The notes under the pieces were generated by a model. The model was not told the DNA's origin. It made no database searches and worked only from the letters and a program-made list of their open reading frames with translations. Positions 27,760-40,265 of a DNA stretch of 64,000 nt are shown here, in pieces. The position numbers and the translations under genes are program-made. Within the stretch, counting starts at the first letter, position 1. Every line of letters starts with the position of its first letter. Source of the stretch: Eledone cirrhosa (lineage: Eukaryota); NCBI GenBank assembly GCA_964016885.1, contig OZ024741.1, forward strand, positions 92,628,001-92,692,000, written 5' to 3'.

Positions 27760-28712
27760 TTGCTCTACGGTTCTTATATATTTGATATATATTTATCCTT
27801 ATCGAGCCCTTTGGATTTTAGTCTTCAATTTTATTATTATTACTATATATACATATATATATATATACATATATATACATATATATATATATATTCATAT
27901 ATATTCATATATATATATATATATTCATATATATATATATATATTCATATATATATATATATTCATATATATATATATATACATATATATACATATACAT
28001 ATATATACATATACATATATATACATATATATATATACATATACATATACATATATATATATATATTCATATATATATATATATTCATATATATATATAT
28101 ATTCATATATATATATATATACATATATATACATATACATATATATACATATATATATACATATACATATATATATATATATTCATATATATTCATATAT
28201 ATATATATATATATATACATATATACACACATATATATATATACATATATATACATATATACATATATATACATATATACACATATATATATACATATAT
28301 ATACATGAGGTAAATTTCTTTAAGTCGTTTGGAAGCCTCGACAATGCAAATGGGTAAATCTCCGGGTAAGATCTGGTGGTGGAGAGAGAGATGTAAGTGG
28401 GTGTACGTTGAGATGCGTGGCGTATATAAGACGTGTCGAGGAATGAAGGAAAGAGCATAAAGGATAAAATAAAAATAACAACACGAGAGAGAGTTACCTT
28501 GGGAGAGATTTAATTGTCCCTATATATTTCGGATTCACATCCATCAACTGGGGGATTTTTCCGGGGTGGGGGAAAGGTTGTCTGTCGGAAAGGTGCGAAA
28601 CGCGTCCTCCGCTGTTCGTTGTTTTGAATATCTGGCTATTCAAAACAACAAACAGCGGAGGATGCGTTTCGCACCTTTCCGACAAACAACCTTTGCCCCA
28701 CCAGTTAGTTGA

Positions 28713-28960
28713 TATAGACGAGTTTGAGTATATTTTACTATTACAAAGCTTCATCCAAAAAGTCGAGTATTTTAAATTTTTGTCTTTTAATGACCATATA
28801 AGTTGTGATTAAGAAGTCGAAGACTTCCTATTAAAATTCGAAAATGAGCATTTGTAATTCGCAAATCTCGATTTAAATGTCGAAGAAGTTGCCCCTATGT
28901 AGTTGTATGTGTTGTTATTTGTTTTTACGGTGCATTTATACACCAAATTTCTATCTTTAG
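28713..28960 (-). pseudogene. Penelope-like element GIY-YIG endonuclease fragment (Naiad/Chlamys-like)
   Basis: RNLVYKCTVK...YNYIGATSSTFKSRFANYKCSF...STS*SQLIWSLKDKNLKYSTFW...YSNSS; one internal stop. Confidence 0.75.
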
Positions 28961-28964
28961 CAAA

Positions 28965-29635
28965 AAAATTTCTGGTTGGTTGGTTGGTTCCACAACCAGA
29001 TGATTGTTTATATATTGTCAAAGTTCTTTCGTCACACATTCTGTGACCTCTTCAGTGACTGGGGATTCTTTTCTTTGTTTTTGTGCCTCTCCTTTGTTCT
29101 GTCCTACACCATCTTGTTTTTGTGTGTGTGTTGTGTGCTTAGTTTGCGCATGTGTTACATCCGGGTGTCTGTGTGTGTTTATATTCGTTTATTTATTTGT
29201 TTATTTACATGTTACTGGTTGGTTGTTTGTTCTATGTGCGTGTGTGTTTTCATTTTGTCCTTAATTGTAAGTTGTGATGTTGCTGTTCCACTCATGTTTT
29301 CTATTTAATTTTGGTTGGAGTTCATTTATGTTTATTGCCTCTGTGATTTGTCTAAACATTGTATCTTTTCTGTGTGTAGATTCTATTTTTATTTCTATGT
29401 TCTCTAATTTACCCTTATGTTCTATTTTAGCATGTTGGTAGAGTACAGATGATTCTTTACTATCTTGAAGGTCTCGCCAGTGTTCATTTATCCGTTCCTC
29501 TATACTACGAGCTGTCTCACCTATGTACACTATATTTTTATCTCTACATTGTCCTTCAGTACATCTTATGCTATATACTACATTTCTAGTTTTACAGTTA
29601 ATATGGGGGTTTAATTTACAGATTAATTTACAGAT
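28965..29635 (-). mobile_element. Penelope-like element 3' fragment: GIY-YIG (Neptune/Poseidon-like) plus 3' terminal repeat region with a hammerhead
   Basis: NCKTRNVVYSIRC...YIGETARSIEERINEH...HAKIEH...EAI...LNRKHE (ORF 29261..29530 extended upstream); the 3' region 28965-29120 is homologous to 580-720. Confidence 0.8.
29017..29059 (-). ncRNA. Minimal hammerhead ribozyme in a Penelope-like 3' terminal repeat
   Basis: Minus strand: GTCA CTGAAGA g GTCACA-gaatg-TGTGAC GAAA GAAC T T TGAC; one extra G after the core. Confidence 0.65.
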
Positions 29636-29644
29636 TATACATTT

Positions 29645-30730
<1,086 letters not shown>

Positions 30731-30746
30731 TATATACATATATACC

Positions 30747-31070
30747 ATCATCATCATCATTTTACTGCTTTTCCCTGCTTGCAAGGGTGGGACGGGAACT
30801 GATTCTGGCTTGATTTCTACAGCCGGATGCCCTTCCTAACACCAACCTCATTTACAGTGAGTGTTGGGTGCTTTTTTTCCGTGGCAATTACACGTCCACT
30901 TTGCAGTGGAATGATAGGGACCCCAGTCCCTATCATCTCATTTCTACAGCTGAGTAAACTAGAGCAATGAAAGGTCTTGCTCAAGGAAACAACACATCAC
31001 CCGGTCTGAGAATTGAACTCATAACCTTTCGATTGCAAGGCCAATGCTCTAACCACTAATCCATGCGCCT
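30747..31070 (-). mobile_element. Same tRNA/RTE-tail SINE family, minus-strand copy; a head-to-head partial copy lies at 31622-31762
   Basis: Reverse complement of the 39921 element; both heads abut (AT)n tracts. Confidence 0.8.
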
Positions 31071-31082
31071 ATATATATATAT

Positions 31083-31424
31083 AGTATAAAAGAGAAAACA
31101 CAGTAAGCATTAAGAGAAGGATTTTATCCAGGTATTTACGACCATTTCATTGGTAAGTGCAACCTTATATTGCTATACTGCAAATAGCAGCCACTCAATT
31201 ATAATTGTTGTTCACAGTCCAAATTTTAGCTCTGGGTTTTTAACTATCGAGAGCTTGCCAGTACCATATCTGATTTTGAAAATGTGGACTGTGAACAACA
31301 ATTATAATTGAGTGGCTGCTATTTGCAGTATAGCAATATAAGGTCGCACTTACCAACGAAACGGTCGTAAATACCTGGATAAAATCCTTCTCTTAATGCT
31401 TACCTGTGCTTTCTCTTTTATACT
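31083..31424. repeat. Inverted repeat (arms 31083-31221 and 31285-31424) inside an (AT)n-bounded insert
   Basis: ~140-bp arms; contains GAAACGGTCGTA, a hammerhead stem III-like motif, at 31358-31369. Confidence 0.85.
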
Positions 31425-31549
31425 TCAAGATTGAACGGTATTCTTACAAACTTGCAGAATTAGCCCCTAACCGTACGTTAAAACCATCCATCAAACTGGC
31501 TTTCTTAACCAGGAACTGGATCACAATAAGCAATTTTTGCTTATGCTTT

Positions 31550-31626
<77 letters not shown>

Positions 31627-32847
31627 ATGGCTTAGTGATTAGAGCATTGGCCTTGCAATCGAAAGGTTGTGAGTTCAATTCTCAGACCGGGTGATGTGTT
31701 GTTTCCTTGAGCAAGACCTTTATTTCACATTGCTCTAGTTTACTCAGCTGTAGAAATGAGATATATATATATAATCACCATTTAACGTCTGTTTTTCATT
31801 GCTTGCATGAGTTAGATGGATTGTCATGTTATGAAACAAGTCAAGTCAGGTGACCTACTTGCTCATACAGATCTGTATTTTGACTTGGTTTCTACAGCTG
31901 GATGCCTTTCTATATGCCAACCACATTACAGTGTGAACTGGGTGCTTTTTTGTCAAGTCACCAATACGACCACCTTACAGGTTGGACTGGATGCATTTTT
32001 CTTATGTCCCGAACACAACCACCTTACAGGATGGACTGCGGGCTTTTTTTGTGGCACCAGATCAGCTTACAGGGGGAATTAGCACTATATCATTATCATT
32101 GTTTTAACATCCATTTTCCCTACGATCAAGGGTTGAACAGGTCTACAGAGACCAAGTCAGTACTAAAGTGGTGGGTACTGATCTCCCAAATAAGCCAGGG
32201 ATCTGTTGTCTTGCTTTTGTATGGTTTCAATTCTACCAGGTGCACAGGGGAGGTTGTCATGTTTTTGACACAACTGAAGGTCCTCCCAACCCTTTGTTTA
32301 GCAAACTTCTACGGCTGGACACCCTTCCTATCACCAACCTCTTTACAGCATGTACTTAGTGTGTTTGTGTAGATCACCAAACACTAGGGGGAAGCTGTCA
32401 TTTGGATGTGGTGTCTGTATACATATACAGTTGCAGGGCAGCTGTGTAGTAAAGGAGTTCAGTTCACAGCCAAGTGATTCTGGGATGAATCCCACTTTCC
32501 ATGAGAAACTTGAGCAAGTGTCTTCTAATATAACCTCAAGTTGATCTATACCTTGTGAGTAGAATTTGGTTGACAGAAATTGCAGATACCTGTCATGGCC
32601 AGCCCTTACTAACACGGATAACGGACATAAAATTATGATAATATATATATATATAATATAAATTTCATAAGATTGACATACTAATTGAAATCAGTAATAT
32701 TTGACAAAATTTAAATCCATTTAATGCAATATATATGTATGTGCATATATATATATATATATATATACACATACATATATATTGCATTAAATGGATTTAA
32801 ATGTTGTCAAATATATATATATGTGTGTGTGTATGTATGTATATATA

Positions 32848-35800
32848 TTTAAAAGGTCACTCTAACGAGGTTGTAGAATTGCTTGAACGTAAGGAGGTTG
32901 ATGTTTGTTGTATCCAAGAGACCAGGTGGAGGGGTGGGTCTGCTAGATTCATTGTGGATAGAAAACGGTGCTATAAGCTTTTCTGGGTGGGAAATGACAA
33001 TGGGCTGGGTGGGGTAGGAATCATGATAGCAGAAAAGTGGGTAGATAAGATAATAGATGTAAATAAAGTAAACGACAGAATAATTAAAATAAGACTTGTC
33101 CTAAATAGAACTACTGTGACAGTAATATCTGCGTATGCACGCCAATCCAGACTGCCTGGCGCTATAAAAGACAGATTCTATGAGACATTGATGCTCACAA
33201 CCTCCCAAATAACCGACAGTGACTACATAATTATTGCTGGCGTCCTAAATGGTCACGTTGGACAACATTGTGACGGCTATGACGGAATCCATGGAGGCTA
33301 TGGGTTTGGTACTAGAAATGAGGAAGGCTCCAGAATCCTGGAATTCTGTGATGCAAATAACCTAACTATCTGTAACACTAACTTCAAAATATGAGATAAT
33401 CACTTGATCACCTATAGATCAGGGGAACACGCCAGTCAGATAGATTATATCCTTACCAGAAGACGTGATAGAGTGTCTGTTCTAAACACTAAATCCCTCC
33501 CCCATGAAGAATGCACCTCCCAACATAGACTCATAGTCAGCAACCTCATAGTCAGGACAAGACGTACTCAACAACAGAGGAGGACTATCCTCAGGAGAAA
33601 AATATGGAAGCTAAAGGACCCCACAACCAGTAATAAGTTTCAAAGCATATTACTTGATGCTTTCGGCAGTAAGGAAGAGCAATTTGAGTCGTACAATATA
33701 GAGGAACAGTGGGAATTCCTGAAAGCTAACCTGCTGAAGGCAGCAGATGAAGTCTGTGGCTGGAGCAGGCCTATAGGCAGGAGGAGAGTAACATGGTGGT
33801 GGAACAGTAAGGTGGAGGAGTCAATTAAGGCCAAAAAGCAGGCTTGGAAAGTATGGCGGGATGGGGGAAGTAGAGAAGACTATCAAGTGGCCAGGAGGGA
33901 AGCTAGGAGACAAGTGTACTTCGCAAGAAGGGAAGCAGAGGAAAGAAAGTTCAAACATGTCTACAACGCAAGGACCAAAAACGTGAGGTGTTCAGGATTG
34001 CTAGGCAATGTGTCAAGGAAAACCGTGATATTGTCGGGGAGAAGTGTGTCCTTAATGATGATGGTGTACTTGCCATCACTGATGCTGATAAGAAGGTAGC
34101 TTGGAAGTGTCACTACGAAAGGCTACTAAATGAGGAGAATAAATGGGAGAAAGACAGTCTCCCCCACATCGATCCAATAGAGGGACCAACAGTGCTAGTT
34201 GAAGGTAGTATAATAAGTAAGGCAATCAAAGATATGAAGACGGTTAGGGCGGCTGGGCATTCGGAAATAGTTGCTGAAATGCTGAAAGCATCTGGAACGG
34301 TGGGACACACTATGGTCACCCGGATAGTAAACCAAGTCATACAGAATGGGGCCGTTTCGAAGGACTGGCGTAGCAGCAGCATCATTAACTGCTACAAGGG
34401 TAAAGGAGATGCCTTAGATAGGGGTAACTATAGAGGCATTAAATTAATCGACTAAGTCATGAAGGTCACAGAAAAAGTAATAGCGCAACTAATCAGAGAA
34501 CGAATTGATCTAGATGAAATGCAGTTCGGGTTTGTGTCAGGTAAAAGTACCACAGATGCTCTTTTCATTGTACGACAACTACAGGAGAAGTACCTAGCTA
34601 AAAGTAAACCCCTATACTTAGCTTTTGTTGACTTGGAGAAAGCCTTTGACAGAGTCCCCCGCTCCATTATCTGGTGGGCTCTTAGAAAACTAGGTGTTGA
34701 TGAATGGCTTGTGAGAGCTATACAAGCCATGTATAAAGAAACAGTCAGCAAGGTTAGAATTAACAACGAATATAGTGAAGAGTTTAGCGTAAAAGTTGGT
34801 GTTCATCAGGGCTCCGTTCTTAGCCCCCTACTATTTATTATTGCTCTTCAGGCTATAACAGAGGAGTTCAAGACCAGCTGCCCATGGGAACTCCTATATG
34901 CAGATGATCTAACACTCATAGCTGAATCAATGGTTGAACTAGAGAAGAAATTCCAAACATGGAAGCATGGCCTAGAATCAAAAGGCCTTAAAGTTAACTT
35001 GTCTAAGACTAAAGTTCTAGTTTGTAGGAAGGAAAATAGGGCACCGGTACCATCTGGGAAATGGCCATGCTCAGTATGTAGGAAAGGAGTAGGCAGAAAC
35101 TCCATTTTATGTCCTAAATGCAAAGTATGGGTGCATAAAAGATGTAGTGGGATCACAGGTAAGCTAACTAAGAATATAGATTTTATAGGTGGCCGGTGCT
35201 CTGGTGCAATAAGTAGCAGCAAGTGCCCACAGAATACTAGCTCATTCCATTGCACAGATGGTTCTATAGAAATAGTGGACACCTTCCGTTACCTGGGTGA
35301 CAAAATCAGCAGTGGGGGAGGGTGCTCTGAAAGTACAGTAGCTAGAGTCAGAACGGGATGGAGAGCTTATACCACTATTGGCCGCTAAAGGGTTCTCTCT
35401 AAAAATGAAAGGCAGGCTGTATGATGCCTGCATACGAACAGCAATGTTACATGGCAGTGAGACCTGGGCATTGTGTGCAGAGGATATACGCAGACTGGAG
35501 AGGAACGAAGCTTGCATGCTCCGCTGGATGTGTAATAGTAATATACGTGAACGGCAAAGCATAAACGAACTAAGGGAGAAATTAGAAATAAGAGGGATCA
35601 GATGTTGTTTACTAGAGAGAAGACTACGTTGGTATGGTCACGTGATGCACATGAAAGACGACAGCTGTATAAAAAAGTGCAGGGCAATAAAAATAGACGG
35701 TAGCCACGGAGTAGGCAGACCCAGAAAAACTTGGGACGACTTGATAAATTCCGACCTCACACACTTACACCTCTCCAAGACAATGTCACTGGACCGAGAT

Positions 35801-36232
35801 CTTTAGCGCTACACAGTAATACAGAAGATTCGCCTTGACGAAGTACAAAGCGAAACCTACAGTCAGTAGGCAACTCTAACAAAAATACACCCCTGTCCCA
35901 CTACCCCCACCCCATCCACACCACCCCCTTCCATGTGAAGTTATGTTGGTACCACAACATCCAGTCCAAAACACATGAGGTTGTGTAGGTGTCACGACAA
36001 AAAAAAACAAAAAAACACAGCCCACGCTGTAATGTGGCCGTGTAGGTAACACGGTAAAAACCTCCCAGTCCACATTGTAAACGTGATTGGTGTTAAGAAG
36101 GCCATCCAGCCGTAGAAAAGCCGCCAGACAGTCCTATACGAGCAGGACAACCAATGTTGCCCCAAGTGGGAAAACTCCCGTCCAAACCCATGCAAGCGTG
36201 GAAGATGGACGTATGATGATGATGATGATGAT
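32848..36232 (+). mobile_element. Near-full-length, inactivated RTE-clade LINE (family A): APE endonuclease, RT, PHD-like finger, 3' UTR, (GAT)n tail
   Basis: APE motifs VCCIQETRW, ISAYA, LNGHVG, SQIDYIL; RT motifs [40 protein letters not shown]; C-terminal LRWYGHV and GRPRKTW. Stops at ~33392, ~34453 and ~35804; frameshifts near 33965 and 35362. The first APE motif is missing. Confidence 0.95.
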
Positions 36233-36240
36233 ATATATAT

Positions 36241-36843
36241 TCTATATATATAAAGTTGTAGTTCCTGTCTGTCTGTTTGTTCACAAACTCCTCCTATGGT
36301 TTTGGAAATAGATCCCCATAACCATATATATTCTGAAACTACATTGCCCAGGGTACTTGGATAAGTATATTTCATTTTAATGAAAGGGTTCCCCGCTTGC
36401 CCCCCGCTGAAAATGTTTTACCTTCGATTTATATGAAATTTAAACCATAGGTAAATGACAAGATATGATGCCTATTCACAAAATTTCAGCAAGTTTCAAT
36501 ATTAAGACACCCTAATGGGGGTTAAACCCCCTATAGTGAAAATTTTGGAAGCCCATAACTTGAGTATTGGAACCTCTATTATCACAGGGTTTTTCTATTA
36601 ATTAAATGTAAATCAACAAAAAAAGCACCTCTCTTTTATAGTAAAATTTGGCTAATTTAGACATTTTATCTATAGCAAAACATCACTAGAATTATGACAA
36701 TAAAAATTATTAGTTAATGCCTCTACTTTTTAACAGTTTCCCTTTGGTTTTACTCCATAAACTATATCACCGATTTAAAATCAATCATCATTTTCTTCCG
36801 AAAAAATGTGTGAAATGCAGCAAGGCGCGGGTAATTAGGCTAG
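36241..36843 (+). mobile_element. Non-autonomous Helitron
   Basis: 5' TCTATATATATAAAG followed by (CTGT)n; 3' GC-rich degenerate hairpin GCAGCAAGGCGCGGG, then CTAG|T at 36840-36843; sits in the (AT)n after the LINE tail. Confidence 0.65.
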
Positions 36844-37902
36844 TGTATACATATATATGGTGGCTGCCAACTCGTTTTCGAGTACGGCCACTACTTTATA
36901 TCCATGTAGGAGAACCCCTACCGATGCGCTGAACGAGTGTGACTTTTTAGTCCAGACTTGAAAACTCTGGTACAAACACTACACTTGTGACAGTTACTGA
37001 CACATAGTGCTGGGCCCATGGTACCATGTGATGACAAGTGCAGAGAGATCTCCAGAAATAAAGCAATGCCTGTGCCGTGAAGCTTTTATAGTGAGCAAAG
37101 GCACTGCACAAAGCCAGTCCCACTCTCTTAACCATGATGATATTTACCAAAAAGAAGAACAAGTCAACATCATTGGATACCATCAGGGTTGCAGGTGTTA
37201 TATCAGAGTTTTCCTTCTCCTAGAATTCTGCCTTGACAAAGGCTAAGGGGTCATCTCTCCCGGTGATTTTGGATGGCCATTGACTCTTAAGAGAAGAAAC
37301 CTTGGTGGGGTTGCCAGTTTAGTCGCCAACGACCCGACCATGAGACAGGTTGTACTGTGTGTATATATATACACACACATACATGGGTGGATAGACATAG
37401 AAAGATAGCTATTTAGTTAGATATATGTTTTTATGTACATTGTACAATATGATAGGAGCGTGATGGGTGACTGTTTGACTAAGTGTGAAACTGAGTAGTT
37501 CTAATCCCTCACACTACCCCAACCTCACCAACCAACATCTGATTCCTCAACAACAACAAATTATAAATCTATTTTTGTTGCAGTTGGACTCTCTGCTATC
37601 CATTCCATCCAAGAAGTGGGAACAAACAGTCTATCAATCTCTTTTTTATGTAAACTGATAACATATCCAAAAATAAAAACCAACGATGGAAACCTGCTTA
37701 GCATTATAGAAAAATAAAAAAAATAACAATGTATATACACATCGGCATGGCTGTGGTACTAATGAGTTTACAGCCATCAACCACATGGATTCAGGTTTAG
37801 TCACACTGTGTTGCACTTTGGGTAAGTGCTTTCTATTATAGCCATGGAATTGGGTAGATGAAAACTGTAAGGAAGACTGTCGTATGTGTGTATGTATGTG
37901 TA

Positions 37903-37963
<61 letters not shown>

Positions 37964-37966
<3 letters not shown>

Positions 37967-38591
37967 ATAGTAATATACGCGAACGGCAAATCATAAATGA
38001 ATTGAGAGAGAGACTGAGCATAAGAGGAACAAATGCTGTGTGCAGGAGAGGAGGTTGCGTTGGTATAGGCATGTGATGCGTATGAAGGATGACAGCTGCA
38101 TAATAAGGTGCAGAGCACTAGAAGTCGATGGAAGCCGCGGTGTGGGGAGACCCAAGAAGACCTAGGATGAGGTGGTAAAAGCCGATCTTACCCAATTACA
38201 CCTCTCAAAGGCAATGACACACGACCGTGACCTTTATCATCACGCGGTAATACAGAAGACTTGACTTCCCACAGGTACAAGCCGAAGCTGAAGCATATAG
38301 ACAATATGCTCCCACCCCTCCCACTGCAAAGTGGTCGTGGAGATGCCACGGCAAAAAAGCACCCAGCTCACACTGTAAAGTGGACGTGTAGGCACCACGG
38401 AAAAAAAGCACCCAGCACTCACTGTAAATGAGGTTGGTGTTAGAAAGGGCATCCAGTTGTAGAAATCAAGCCGGAATCAGTTCCCGTATGAGCAAGACAT
38501 GGTCAGCCGACCAGCTACTGCCCACAACAGGACAACCCGTCTAACCCATGCTAGCGTGGAAGAATGGACGTAAAACGGTGATGATGATGAT
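37964..38591 (+). mobile_element. 5'-truncated RTE LINE (family B)
   Basis: [21 protein letters not shown]..., 3' UTR matching the reverse complement of 19122-19500, GAT tail; starts directly after (AT)n. Confidence 0.9.
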
Positions 38592-39920
38592 ATATATATA
38601 TGATCATCATTGTTTAACGTCTATTGCAGGACAGGATGTCATGTTATGAGACAAGTCAGGTCAAGTGACCACATTTTACTCATACAACAATATATATATA
38701 TATATATAATATAATATATAGAAATAAACACAGTAAATTGTGTGTTTAAAATTACAAGGGTTGAAAGACCACCTTGGTATGACGAATACAATCTATGAAG
38801 AGAGAGAGAGAGAGAGATGGATGGGTGAATGGATGAATGAGTATACATGTACGAGTGTGTTTGCATGTGCATGGTACTTTACTTTATCGACCCCGAAAAA
38901 ATGAAAAGCAAACCTAACTTCGGTGGGATTTGAACTCAGACTTTAAAATAAATAAGCTTTACAACAGGTTTACATTCGATATTTTAATTTGGGTCAATTT
39001 GTTCTAATATCAATTTAACCATGTTAGTATGTGGTGCATGGTTCCTACAAATTCAGAGGTTTATCACAAGATTTTTATTGTGTAGAAACCTGTATAACCT
39101 GAAGAGCCACCAGACTAAGATGAAATGCATGAAGATGGTCCAGCTGTCACATCACACAGGGGGACACAGGAGTTGTGCCCAGAGTTATTCGACAGTTCCT
39201 GGAACCTCCATGTGTTGCAAAATCCAGGTCTGTGTAGTATAAATAAAATACCAGTTAAGTACTATGGTGAATATAATTGACTTTCCCATCCTCAAATCGC
39301 TAGCCTTACACCTAAATTAGGTTAACTTTGCCCTTCATCCTTACGGGGTCGATAAAATAAAGTACCAGTAATACACTGGGAAATTGCTGGCCTTGTGCCT
39401 AACGTAGACACAATTATTATTAGGGTGGTGGACTGGCAGAATCATTAGAGCATAGGACAAAATGTTTAGTAGTGTTTAATTATGACTTTCTACATTCTGA
39501 GTTCAAATCCCACCAAAAACAATGTTGCCTTTCATCTTTACATGGCTTATAAAGTAACAATTATTGACCTTTTGCCTAAATTAGAAACCATTATTATTAT
39601 TATTAGGGTGATGGATTAGTAGAATCAGTAGAGCATTGGACAATATGCTTAGCGACACAGAGCTATGGCCCTTTGTGTTCTGATTTCAAATCCTGCCGGG
39701 GTTAGCTTTGCCTTTCATCTGTTTGGGGAATTTGTTATGTTTGTTTTAAATGTTTATTTTCTTAGTCTGTTATAAATTTTATTTTACACAAAAAAAACCC
39801 ACACTGTATCGTCCTGTACCATCTTTAATGTGTCCTTAATGTGAGCCCTGTGTGGCTAATAAAGAAATTATTATTACTATTATTATTGTTACTATTATTA
39901 TTATTACTATTTTTTTGAAT

Positions 39921-40265
39921 GGAGGCACATGGCTTAGTGGTTAGAGCATTGGCCTTGCAATCGAAAGGTTGTGAGTTCAATTCTCAGACCGGGTGATGTG
40001 TTGTTTCCTTGAGCAAGACACTTTATTTCACATTGCTCCAGTTTACTCAGCTGTAGAAATGAGATGATAGGGAGTGGGGTCCCTATCATTCCACTGCAAA
40101 GTGGTCGTGGAGGTGCCACGGAAAAAAACCACCCAGCACTCACTGTAAATGAGGTTGGTGTTAGGAAGGGCATCCAGCTGTAGAAATCAAGCCAGAATTA
40201 GTTCCCGTCCCACCCTTGCAAGCAGGGAAAAGCGAACGTAAAATGAAATGATGAATGATGATGAT
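39921..40265 (+). mobile_element. Full-length tRNA-derived SINE with a CORE-like central domain and an RTE family B 3' tail
   Basis: A box TGGCTTAGTGG, B box GTTCAATTC, CCTTGAGCAAGACACTT domain, GATAGGG...CCCTATC hairpin, then sequence shared with the LINE 3' UTR at 38320-38490 and a GAT tail. Confidence 0.82.

Noticed and set aside
28597-28606. GAAACGCGTC, a classic hammerhead stem III, inside the 28565-28702 inverted repeat
   Set aside because: No matching CTGANGA core or stem I found upstream, so not called as a ribozyme.
36855-37360. GC-richer segment with an RTE 5' UTR-like motif (CAGAGTTTTCCTTCTCCTAGA)
   Set aside because: Probably a repeat fragment, but ends and family cannot be defined from this window.
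39921-40000. Possible tRNA gene
   Set aside because: A and B boxes are present but the acceptor stem is not convincing, and the sequence runs into SINE body in several copies.
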